The position numbers were made by a program, and so were the translations under genes. A DNA stretch of 64,000 bases, from assembly GCA_030614715.1 (NCBI GenBank), contig JAUWTM010000004.1, positions 2,603-66,602 on the forward strand. Reading direction: 5' to 3'. The DNA comes from Planctomycetota bacterium (lineage in GTDB: Bacteria; JAJVIF01; JAPKYR01). This document shows positions 41,035-49,502 of this stretch, one piece after another. The stretch's first letter is position 1. The number at the start of each line of letters is the position of its first letter. The notes under the pieces were generated by a model, which saw only the letters and a program-made list of their open reading frames with translations, was not told the origin of the DNA and searched no databases.

Positions 41035-42324
41035 CTATTCCGGCATCAACTCGATATCGATCACTGTGAACTGGTCGGGGAAGACCGGCACGGGTCCTTC
41101 ATGCACCCATGGAAGGAATCCGGGGGCGCCACAGTCGAGATGATACTGTCCGGGGATAACCGGATCGAATCTGTAGAATCCCATCGGATTGGTGAACTCC
41201 CACCTGATGAACGGCTCATTATCGTTCCCAGGATTCGGATGTATCAACCTTACCAGCGCGTGCGGGACCGGATCGCCGTCGGGATTAGTAACCTGACCCT
41301 CGACTCCACCGCATCCTGCCGGTTCGAGATGGAAATTAACGAGGTTCCGTCCGATGTGGATGTGTCGGACCTGGAATCCTGTGTTAAAGGAGGGAGCGTT
41401 GGCAGTTAGCTGGTAGTTCCCGGGTGGAACCGGTACGAACCTGTAGATTCCGAACTTGTTTGTGAAGGTTTCGACTTTCGGTGCGTTCGGATCGTTCAGC
41501 GGCTGAATCTCGACCTTCGCGTGCGGAATCGGCCTCATGTGACCGATTGGTCCCGTCACGACCTGTCCTCCAACGATACCGAAATCTATCTTTTTGGGAA
41601 GGAACAGGTTCTTCTGGATCTCGCCGTCAGGAATTACGAACAAGTGATCTATTGCCATTGCATGCTCGGGTGCGAAAGCAATGACCACACCGGGTCCTGC
41701 TGGTGCGTCGAGAATCTCGTAGAAACCATTTTCATCGGTAAAATCGATCCCGAAATTTTCCGATTGGTTGGTCACGATCACAAGAGCGTGATCCACGGGT
41801 CCGAACTGGTCGTGGACGAATCCCCAGACCATGCCCCGATCGATCTCAGGATCGGGATCGCCATACACCTGTCCGGTCCGGTTGTAAGGCGTGACGGAAG
41901 TCGAATAGACCACCTCATCCTCGATACGGGCCTCGAAAGAGTACTCTTCCTCCTCCTCGACTCCGTAGATCATGAAGGACCCATCCTCCTCGGTCCATCC
42001 GGCGAGTTCGCCATCAAGATACAGCTCGGTCCATGCCAGCGGATCGCCGTTTGAATCGGTCAGAACGCCGCTGAATGTACCGTCAGCAGCCTCTCTTTCA
42101 CCCTCATTGGGGGTGTCACCGGTGTTAGCCGCCGCCAGGTAATCAGTTGTACCGGCCGGGGCCACCGGACTGTCGCCTCCCGAGCATCCCAGGGCTGCCA
42201 GAAGAGCCCAGAGTCCCATTATCAGGAGGGTCAGCGTAGCGGTATTACGTAACATAAAGGGTACCTCTCCGTTCGTTAGTTTTGTGTATAACGGGGTTCC
42301 GATTAAAGGAACCAGTACCCACAT
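41035..42324 (-). CDS. secreted protein with three or four carboxypeptidase-regulatory-like (CarboxypepD_reg) beta-sandwich domains
   Basis: 429 aa; signal peptide; repeated motif (G.V.d..g.P...A.V.........tn..G.Y.F..v.pG.Y.L...a.GF). Confidence 0.5.
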   Translation of the reverse strand: MWVLVPLIGTPLYTKLTNGEVPFMLRNTATLTLLIMGLWALLAALGCSGGDSPVAPAGTTDYLAAANTGDTPNEGEREAADGTFSGVLTDSNGDPLAWTELYLDGELAGWTEEDGSFMIYGVEEEEEYSFEARIEDEVVYSTSVTPYNRTGQVYGDPDPEIDRGMVWGFVHDQFGPVDHALVIVTNQSENFGIDFTDENGFYEILDAPAGPGVVIAFAPEHAMAIDHLFVIPDGEIQKNLFLPKKIDFGIVGGQVVTGPIGHMRPIPHAKVEIQPLNDPNAPKVETFTNKFGIYRFVPVPPGNYQLTANAPSFNTGFQVRHIHIGRNLVNFHLEPAGCGGVEGQVTNPDGDPVPHALVRLIHPNPGNDNEPFIRWEFTNPMGFYRFDPVIPGQYHLDCGAPGFLPWVHEGPVPVFPDQFTVIDIELMPE

Positions 42325-42508
42325 CCTTGGTGTCAGGGTTTCAGACGAACCGACTTAAAGAATGTTCCCGGTAACCTGTGGATATCTAAATGAGCTTCAT
42401 CATTCCATGTAAATTTCAGTTTTTACCCTGATTTGTACACATAAACCATTTGTCTTGACCAATAACCGATACTATATATACTGCTGCTACCATGTTGGGA
42501 GGGTCACC

Positions 42509-42982
42509 ATGAAGCGCATATTATTTACAATCACGGTTATCAGTCTGCTGGCAATAAATAGTTGTGGAGGTGGTAGTACAACACCTACTGTATTCGATCT
42601 GGCTGGTATTGCCGGGCTGTGGAACTACACAATTAATGCCGAGGGCACACTCAGCGGACTGGGAGGATCTTTTCCTCTTTCTAATACATACACAGGCTCC
42701 TTCTCTATTACGTCTGACTCAGTTATCGATGACGGGATTTCATGCTTTTGGAGCTATGATGGATCAACTCTGATACTTTCAGAAGCTGTGACTGAAGCTA
42801 TTGACTGGGATCCGGTTTTTGGGAATAGTACAGGGACGTTTAATATAGATATGATAATCCCGGTTATAGCAGGTGAGACTGTTGCTGGTATTACGGGCAA
42901 TATGCAGATGATATATCTCACCGAATATATAGGTGAAATTGCTGGTGTAATGCAGTTGACAGGCAATATGGCTAAACAATAA
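42509..42982 (+). CDS. small lipoprotein, hypothetical
   Basis: MKRILFTITVISLLAINSCGG lipobox; GGGAGGG RBS at 42497..42503. The ORF-track start at 42455 is probably too far upstream. Confidence 0.5.
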   Translation: MKRILFTITVISLLAINSCGGGSTTPTVFDLAGIAGLWNYTINAEGTLSGLGGSFPLSNTYTGSFSITSDSVIDDGISCFWSYDGSTLILSEAVTEAIDWDPVFGNSTGTFNIDMIIPVIAGETVAGITGNMQMIYLTEYIGEIAGVMQLTGNMAKQ

Positions 42983-42986
42983 CCGC

Positions 42987-43015
42987 TAAAAAGACCTCCC
43001 GGCCGTCAGGCCGGG
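42987..43015 (-). terminator. candidate terminator after flgI (bidirectional hairpin)
   Basis: CCCGGCC-gtca-GGCCGGG stem; on the minus strand it is followed by UCUUUUU (plus A-run 42987..42993). Confidence 0.4.
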
Positions 43016-43095
43016 ATGGTTAGAGAGGAGGCATCAAATGCTCTTGTTTGGGTACTTCTCTTTGTACGTTTATTTATGAGTTCCGAAAACCAAGG

Positions 43096-44379
43096 CTAAA
43101 TTATTTCGAGTTCCGCCTGCAGTGCGCCCGATGCTTCGAGCGCCTGAAATATAGCTACAATATCCGTTGGAGTCGCGCCAAGTGCATTCAGCGCTGCCAC
43201 AAGATCCTCAGATGTAATGCGTACGAAATTAGCGGGACTTTCCTCTATCACGGTTCCCGCACGGGGCAGGGCAAGCGAGTAACCACCGCTGATGGGCGGA
43301 CCTCCCTCGCCGTAGATATTCGCTACGGTGATTGACAGGGCTCCGTGTGCAATGGCAACTGGAATGATCTGCACCCCGGCACCCATCACGATCGTACCCG
43401 TTCGTTCATTGATAATAACCTTGTTGGGTATATCAGGTACCACGGTCAGATTTTCCACTTCCGAAATGAACCTGACGATATCGTTTTCATAATTGCGCGG
43501 TACGTAGATCTCGATACTTGCAGCGTCGACAGCCATTACGTCGGTGACCGATGGAAAAGACCTTGCGATCTGGTCTCTCAGTCGTATGGCGGTTGTGAAA
43601 TCAGGAGGCATCAGTACAAGGGTGAGAATGTTGTCCTGGGTGAGCTCAAAATCGACCTCACGCTCCACGTAAGCACCGTTGGGTATCCGTCCGACGGTCA
43701 GGAAGTTGGTCTGGCTCCTTGTGCCACCGGAGCCACCGCCCGCACCGAATCCTGCAAGGCTCACGGGTCCCTGCGCGACCGCATATATCTCTCCGTTTGC
43801 AGCCTTCAGTGGCGTCATGATCAGGACGCCACCCTGGAGGCTCTCGCAGTCGCCCATCGCCGCGACGGTTACGTCAATTGAATCGCCCTCGCGTGCAAAC
43901 GCAGGAAGGTCGCACAGGATCATTACTAGAGCGAAGTTCTCGACCTTGATCTCATTCGGGTCGGTTGGAAAACCGGCCCTGTTGAGCATATTGGCTATCG
44001 CCTGGGCAGTAAAGTCGACCGACGATGAGTTATCTCCTGTGCCGGCTAGGCCGGTAACCAGCCCTATCCCTAACAGCTGGTTTCCCCGGACCCCGAGGAT
44101 ACGCGCGATATCCTTCACACGGACTTCGGGGTATCTCGATTCGTAGTCGTCAGGTCCGAATTCCCAGAATTCCATCTGGTCTTCCTCGGAATTTTCCGCG
44201 TCCGTTCCGGTATCCGTGTCCGTTCCGTTATCCATGTCCTGATCGACAGCAGCGGTGACGTCCGGGCCTAAGTCGGGCTCCTCACCGTTACCGAAAGCCG
44301 CTGCAGGGAACAGTCCCAGCAGGATTATCAGGGTGATACGGATAAATGAACTCAGTAATTGCTTTTGAATGCTGGCCAT
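43096..44379 (-). CDS. flgI: flagellar P-ring protein
   Basis: 427 aa; signal peptide; conserved FlgI core (VRVKDIARILGVRGNQLLGIGLVTGLAGTGD...). An acidic insert of about 50 aa follows the signal peptide. Confidence 0.9.
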   Translation of the reverse strand: MASIQKQLLSSFIRITLIILLGLFPAAAFGNGEEPDLGPDVTAAVDQDMDNGTDTDTGTDAENSEEDQMEFWEFGPDDYESRYPEVRVKDIARILGVRGNQLLGIGLVTGLAGTGDNSSSVDFTAQAIANMLNRAGFPTDPNEIKVENFALVMILCDLPAFAREGDSIDVTVAAMGDCESLQGGVLIMTPLKAANGEIYAVAQGPVSLAGFGAGGGSGGTRSQTNFLTVGRIPNGAYVEREVDFELTQDNILTLVLMPPDFTTAIRLRDQIARSFPSVTDVMAVDAASIEIYVPRNYENDIVRFISEVENLTVVPDIPNKVIINERTGTIVMGAGVQIIPVAIAHGALSITVANIYGEGGPPISGGYSLALPRAGTVIEESPANFVRITSEDLVAALNALGATPTDIVAIFQALEASGALQAELEII

Positions 44380-44390
44380 TGTTTTTCCGA

Positions 44391-45032
44391 TCAGAAGAAG
44401 AAGTTAAATATCCTCGACAGGATTCCGTCATGCTGGCGGTCGGCGATAATGCCCTCGCCCTCGTACAGGATTTCCATTTCAGCCATCAGGTTGGACGTGA
44501 TGGTGTTATCGCCTGTTATGTCGGATGGATCTATTACCCCGCGAATGGTCAGTTCTGCCGTATCCTCGGCTATCGTGATCTCCCTGACGCCCTCAACGAT
44601 CATGTTTCCGTTAGGGAGAATGTCTACGACGGTAGCTGTAAGGCGTGTTGTGAATGTGCCGGATGTGCTTACGCGTCCTTCGCCCTCAAAACTCTCCGAT
44701 GGGGTAAAGGTAATATCTTCTACAGGTGCAATGGTATCCGGAAGCCCGGCTACCCATTGGAGAAAACCCGAGACGGATAACTGACCGTCGGTGTTGAGTT
44801 TCTTGTCGGTTTCGGTTGTGGCGCGATTGGATGCCGAAACCGATTCGGAAATGATGATCGTGACCAGGTCTCCCAGCTCCGCTGCACGGTCGGCTGTGAA
44901 GAGATCGCAGCCGTCCTCATCGAAGAGACTGGTTGCTCCGGCTGGAATCGCGATTAATAGTCCCGTTAACAGCAGGATTGACAGTATTATTCTACGCATC
45001 TTTCTTCCTCTGCGAATTATTCGCCTGATCAA
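44391..45032 (-). CDS. flgH: flagellar L-ring protein
   Basis: 213 aa; signal peptide; SLFDED...GDLVTIIISESVSAS and C-terminal ILSRIFNFFF typical of FlgH. Confidence 0.85.
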   Translation of the reverse strand: MIRRIIRRGRKMRRIILSILLLTGLLIAIPAGATSLFDEDGCDLFTADRAAELGDLVTIIISESVSASNRATTETDKKLNTDGQLSVSGFLQWVAGLPDTIAPVEDITFTPSESFEGEGRVSTSGTFTTRLTATVVDILPNGNMIVEGVREITIAEDTAELTIRGVIDPSDITGDNTITSNLMAEMEILYEGEGIIADRQHDGILSRIFNFFF

Positions 45033-45778
45033 AGGAGAAATATCCGGGCTTGAGACGGACCGGTTACGGTCGCGGTGATTATCATGCTTGAATCGGGATT
45101 CCTGACCCTGATTTCATCGCCAACAGCTCCTGAATCCAGTGCGGTTCCGTGAAGTGATATCCTGGCGGACGTAAGCTCTATAAAGACGATTACAGTTTCG
45201 CCCCTGACCACCATTGTCGGTGGTTCGAGCATTCCATCGGTGAGAATCCGCCCGGCCTGGAGGTTCACTCTCGCGGCCATGCCGACGATGTCCTCAATAT
45301 TCTGGTAAAGATCGCCCGAAGGCAGGTTTCTGACGTCGGTCGGGACCTCAGAAACGTTTATTGAGTTTATAATTTGTCCGCGATCGAGATCGGTCGCGGT
45401 TGTGTAAACAGGTACGGTGACGAGCAGGTAAGGGGACGGGTCGAATCTCATGTAAAGCTCCCCGCCGGCGTAAACGTCAACACCTACAGCCCCGATATCT
45501 CTGAGGCTGTTAGGCACGCGTTCGAGATAAGCCTCCACATCGATTCGTCCGGAGTGATAGATCGTGATATCAGATGGAGTGCCGTTGACCTCTACCGAAC
45601 AGCCTTCTACTGCCCATGGATCGCTTGTCAGGATGACATTACGTGCGGATTCGAGCAGCCATCCGATATTCAGCGTCTGTGTTTCGGTTGCCTGTGCGCG
45701 TGAGAATCCAGAAACGCCCGAAAGCAGGCAGAATGCGATTACTGCAATTGCGAATCTTATGTGGGGTTTAGTGATCAT
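45029..45778 (-). CDS. flgA: flagellar basal-body P-ring formation protein
   Basis: 249 aa; signal peptide; C-terminal SAF-like block (VVRGETVIV...GDEIRVRNPDSSMIITATVTG); ATGA coupling with flgH. Confidence 0.75.
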   Translation of the reverse strand: MITKPHIRFAIAVIAFCLLSGVSGFSRAQATETQTLNIGWLLESARNVILTSDPWAVEGCSVEVNGTPSDITIYHSGRIDVEAYLERVPNSLRDIGAVGVDVYAGGELYMRFDPSPYLLVTVPVYTTATDLDRGQIINSINVSEVPTDVRNLPSGDLYQNIEDIVGMAARVNLQAGRILTDGMLEPPTMVVRGETVIVFIELTSARISLHGTALDSGAVGDEIRVRNPDSSMIITATVTGPSQARIFLL

Positions 45779-46040
45779 GTCAATTCAGAGTAAACCTCCG
45801 GACGTCGTCCGGAGTGTTTGTTTAAAAAAGGGAAAGGGAAAGAATTCAGGTTAGATGTTATTTTGGTGACGTGGGCTCCGGGAGCTGGGAGACGGGATCG
45901 TATCAGGCCCCTCCTCGATAATCGATCTGTTTTGCGTCTCTCAGTGCCGGGCCTCATCGCCCTCTTTGTCTAATATTCTCTCCCCCCCCTTAAGTGTCAG
46001 TAGTTAGCTCCTCTTGAAATTCACCTCCACCTCAGAGATG

Positions 46041-46829
46041 TTATCTAGCCAGGTTGTTTGAAATGTTCAATAACTGGTCAGCAACATCCACAGCGCGCGA
46101 ATTGGTCTCAAACGCACGCTGGGCAATAATGAGCTGGATTAGTTCTTCAACGATGGAGACGTTCGATGCTTCGAGATAGCCCTGTGCTATCTGTCCGTAG
46201 CCCTCTTCTCCGGGTGTCCCGGTGATGGGATCGCCCGATGCGTCGGTTTCCTTGTATAAATTCTGACCGATAGTTTCCAGTCCTGCCGGATTCTGGAATC
46301 GTACGAGTTGGATCTGTCCGACCTGCGTAAGCGTTGTATCGCCACCGATCAGCACGCTTACTGTGCCATCACTGGCGATCTCAATGCTTATCGCATCGGC
46401 CGGTATTGTGATCGCAGGCTCCATGAATAAGCCGTCCGCGGTGGTCACGTTTCCCTCGGAATCGATCTTGAACGTTCCGTCTCGCGTATATGCGGTGTTA
46501 CCGTCGGCAAGTGTGACCTGGAAGAATCCGTCACCCGAGACCATGAGGTCGAGGGGATTTCCCGTCGGTTGTGCCGCGCCGAGAAGGAATAATTTCTGGG
46601 TTGCGATGGGCCTTACACCGTGTCCTACACGTAAACTGGTTGGGACCATCGAGCCTGTTAAAGTCGACTGACCCGCTCTGCGGAATGTCTGGTAGAGGAG
46701 GTCCTGGAAATTGAGACGGTCCCGTTTGAAACCGGGCGTGTTCGCGTTTGCGATGTTGTTCGCGATTACATCGGTGTTCATCTGCTGGGCATGTAGCCCT
46801 GTTGCCGCCGTAAATAACGCTCGAATCAT
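46041..46829 (-). CDS. flgG: flagellar basal-body rod protein
   Basis: 262 aa; MIRALFTAATGLHAQQ...ANNIANANTPGFKRDR and C-terminal EASNVSIVEELIQLIIAQRAFE. Confidence 0.9.
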   Translation of the reverse strand: MIRALFTAATGLHAQQMNTDVIANNIANANTPGFKRDRLNFQDLLYQTFRRAGQSTLTGSMVPTSLRVGHGVRPIATQKLFLLGAAQPTGNPLDLMVSGDGFFQVTLADGNTAYTRDGTFKIDSEGNVTTADGLFMEPAITIPADAISIEIASDGTVSVLIGGDTTLTQVGQIQLVRFQNPAGLETIGQNLYKETDASGDPITGTPGEEGYGQIAQGYLEASNVSIVEELIQLIIAQRAFETNSRAVDVADQLLNISNNLAR

Positions 46830-46862
46830 TTCTTTCCTCGATTACTGCCTGTGCGACGCTAC

Positions 46863-46961
46863 TTATATTCCGAGAGGTATCGTCGCGAGGTATAGAAGCA
46901 GCAGAACAGTCCCGATAAAAATGTCCTCTAGGTTGTTCTGCAATCGTCGGAATTTCAACAT
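46863..46961 (-). CDS. unannotated 32-aa single-TM small ORF between flgF and flgG
   Basis: ATG at 46961..46959 preceded 5 nt upstream by GGGGAGGAG; encodes MLKFRRLQNNLEDIFIGTVLLLLYLATIPLGI; below the 60-aa cutoff of the ORF track. Confidence 0.3.
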   Translation of the reverse strand: MLKFRRLQNNLEDIFIGTVLLLLYLATIPLGI

Positions 46962-47053
46962 CGGGCTCCTCCCCGGATCAAAGCCACCCTTCGAATCCTC
47001 CTCCCGATATTGCCGACTTCATCTACTGATTTATTTAGACAGAATTATCGTTT

Positions 47054-47845
47054 CTAGCCTGGCAGGCTTCCGAGTTCAGTACAGACCCTCTGGAGGCTCT
47101 GATTAAACATATCGACAGCTCTGGCCGCAGCTTCATAGGATCTTTGCGCAGAAATTAACCTTACCAGTGCACGGATAGTGTCGACATTGCTGCCTTCGAT
47201 CACTCCCTGTTCCACGGTCGACTCCTGTGCCCTGTAAGGCTGCGGGAGCGTGTTGTCGATCATCCTGAAATTATTCCCGCCATCCTTTTCAATTACCCTG
47301 ATGTCAGGGAACTCGACAATCCTAAGTTGGCCTATGGGCAGGCCGTTCTGGACTATCTCACCATTGCTGTTAACGCTGAAGGGAGCGGTGTCTATGATCC
47401 TGAGTTCTCCGCCAGTCGTGCCCTGTACGGTATTCCCAACGTTCGTTACGATTTTTCCCTCGTTGTCGAGCATGAAATTGCCATTTCTCGTGAAGCGTTC
47501 ACCTTGATCGGTTTCAACGACGAAAAATCCCGGTCCCTGGATGTAAATGTCGAGTGGATTACCGGTCGTTCTGGGTGTGCCGGGTGAGAAATCGACGAAC
47601 TCGCTCTCGGCGATGGGTCCACCGAGGTTCATGACACCGATGCATGGTGGGACCTGGGTGTCATCGGAGATATTTTCAGGATGCCTTTCGATGCGTGACA
47701 TCAGCATGTCGCCGAATGACCGCATGGCGATGCGGTCACGCTTGTATCCATCGGTGGAGACATTCGCGAGATTGTTCGCGATGGTCTCAACCTCGTGGAC
47801 CCTGTAGCGCATTGCGTTTGCTGCTGAATAAAGACCTCTAAGCAT
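47054..47845 (-). CDS. flgF: flagellar basal-body rod protein FlgF (FlgG-family)
   Basis: MLRGLYSAANAM...ANNLANVSTDGYKRDR plus C-terminal rod-protein block. The ORF-track start (TTG at 47881) adds 12 non-conserved residues; ATG at 47845 preferred. Confidence 0.8.
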   Translation of the reverse strand: MLRGLYSAANAMRYRVHEVETIANNLANVSTDGYKRDRIAMRSFGDMLMSRIERHPENISDDTQVPPCIGVMNLGGPIAESEFVDFSPGTPRTTGNPLDIYIQGPGFFVVETDQGERFTRNGNFMLDNEGKIVTNVGNTVQGTTGGELRIIDTAPFSVNSNGEIVQNGLPIGQLRIVEFPDIRVIEKDGGNNFRMIDNTLPQPYRAQESTVEQGVIEGSNVDTIRALVRLISAQRSYEAAARAVDMFNQSLQRVCTELGSLPG

Positions 47846-47945
47846 ATAAAAGCACCAGATGGGGTATTGATTTATACCCAATGGTATTTATCGGTCGAAT
47901 TCCGGGGCGCTAAACAGCGCGGGGGTCGATAAAATGGGGGTTATT

Positions 47946-48386
47946 TTAACGTTTCCTCCTGCGACCCCTTTCATCGGGGGGTGGAGGTTGTTCCTTGATA
48001 GCGTCCGCCCAGGTTGCGGTTTGCGGACGGTCAGCGAATTTTTCCTGCCTGCCATCCTGCCAGTATTTATTAGATGCCGAGACGTACCAGATGACAAGAT
48101 AATATATTGGAATACTGTAGAAGTGCAATATTGAGAATAGCAGCCACCAGAGGTACATGAATCCGATTTTTCTGCCGGGTGTCTCGGCCAGATACCTGGT
48201 GATAAAAAAATAGCATGTGATACCGAAGATAGAGATTGCCAGCCAGTGGGCGTTGTCCAGGTCCAGTGGCTCGTACTGCATGGCCTTGTTGGCAAGGTAC
48301 ACAACCGGGTGGGTCATTACTACATAATGCCAGATATAATGCATCATGAAACGGGCTTGCACCTCCTTTAGTCCATTATATACCAT
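47946..48386 (-). CDS. hypothetical polytopic membrane protein with basic C-terminal tail
   Basis: 146 aa; three or four hydrophobic helices; sits between the Ig-like lipoprotein and flgF. Confidence 0.4.
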   Translation of the reverse strand: MVYNGLKEVQARFMMHYIWHYVVMTHPVVYLANKAMQYEPLDLDNAHWLAISIFGITCYFFITRYLAETPGRKIGFMYLWWLLFSILHFYSIPIYYLVIWYVSASNKYWQDGRQEKFADRPQTATWADAIKEQPPPPDERGRRRKR

Positions 48387-48456
48387 TTTATCGGCAGGAT
48401 AGAGTAAAAAAAAACGGGCTCCACCGGAACCCGTTGCAGATTACGATTTTTTTGTG

Positions 48457-49491
48457 TTATTCAACGCTGACGTTGATTGTAATCTCCGCCGTGTCACTGC
48501 CCGACCTGTTGTCCTCGACAATACAGGTCACTTTCGCCGTGACTGCCTCAGCCGGTGCACGCCATACCGCGACATTTTCATTCACCATGTTAAAAGTGCC
48601 AGAGTCAGCGGTCCAGTTGTACTCAAGTGGATCACCATCGATATCATCAGCGTTGATCGTGATGGTAACAAGCTCGTTTACGAGAACCGAATTGCCCGGA
48701 TCGAGATCCCATCCCTGTATGATTGGATTATGGTTCTCCTGAACAACGATGGGAAGGTCCCTTGAAACGGTGCCTCCAAGCTGATCTTCCACAATCACCG
48801 TTAATACATAGTTTCCGGAGGTCGGGCTGATCCAGCGCGCTTCACCATCGCTCTCGAACGTGAAATAACCGCCATCAGCCTGCCATGAGTACATGAGGGG
48901 AGTATTACCGTCAGGGTCCTCAGCCTCAACTGTGATTGTGATCTCAGCATTGACGAACGGCTGAGTGTCGGAGATTACAATCTGGGTTATGACCGGCTGC
49001 TTGTTGGCGTTTACCTCGACAACGATGGTTTCCTGCGACGGTGTTCCGTAGCGGTCCCGGACCTCCACGAGGAACCTGTAGTACCCTGTGACATCAGGAG
49101 CCTTCCAGATGCAGGGATTCTCATCGAAAACGATGAAGGATTCGTTCGGGTTGAATGTGCTGATGCCGCCACCAACCCTCTCGACCACCCATGTCGCCGA
49201 GTACCAGTTCGGATCGGGATCGTCACCGGCATCGGGATCTATGTAGTCGACAAGTATGTTCAATATGCTGCCGGGCTCGATCTGCAGCGTTCCCGCGGGT
49301 GTAACCACGTCACCATTCTCGTACAGCGTGAAACCCTGAATTAACACGGGCTTGTTGGTGTCCTCGGCTGTCTTGTTACATCCGGTAAGGGGGTAAACGA
49401 ACATAAGCAGAGCTATCCCCGCAATAACCCATCTCAGGACAGACGTACGCATATCGTCTCTCTCCTCCAGGCATATGTTTGAAAAGTACAC
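48457..49491 (-). CDS. lipoprotein with tandem Ig-like (PKD/cadherin-like) domains
   Basis: 344 aa; lipobox LTGCN; repeated modules of about 90 aa (EDPDGN..YSWQADGG.F / DDIDGDPLEYNWTADSG.F). Confidence 0.55.
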   Translation of the reverse strand: MYFSNICLEERDDMRTSVLRWVIAGIALLMFVYPLTGCNKTAEDTNKPVLIQGFTLYENGDVVTPAGTLQIEPGSILNILVDYIDPDAGDDPDPNWYSATWVVERVGGGISTFNPNESFIVFDENPCIWKAPDVTGYYRFLVEVRDRYGTPSQETIVVEVNANKQPVITQIVISDTQPFVNAEITITVEAEDPDGNTPLMYSWQADGGYFTFESDGEARWISPTSGNYVLTVIVEDQLGGTVSRDLPIVVQENHNPIIQGWDLDPGNSVLVNELVTITINADDIDGDPLEYNWTADSGTFNMVNENVAVWRAPAEAVTAKVTCIVEDNRSGSDTAEITINVSVE

Positions 49492-49502
49492 ATCAGGCGA
49501 AT

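Noticed and set aside
42987-43095. Possible tRNA or other structured RNA in the convergent gap between the lipoprotein gene and flgI
   Set aside because: Only one 7-bp hairpin is present; no cloverleaf, T-loop (GTTCRANYC) or anticodon-arm signature could be found. No tRNA was recognised anywhere in the window.
45775-45957. 60-aa minus-strand ORF in the flgG-flgA spacer
   Set aside because: Arg/Pro-rich low-complexity translation of a GC-rich spacer; no RBS; it overlaps the hairpin and C8 tract and was judged non-coding.
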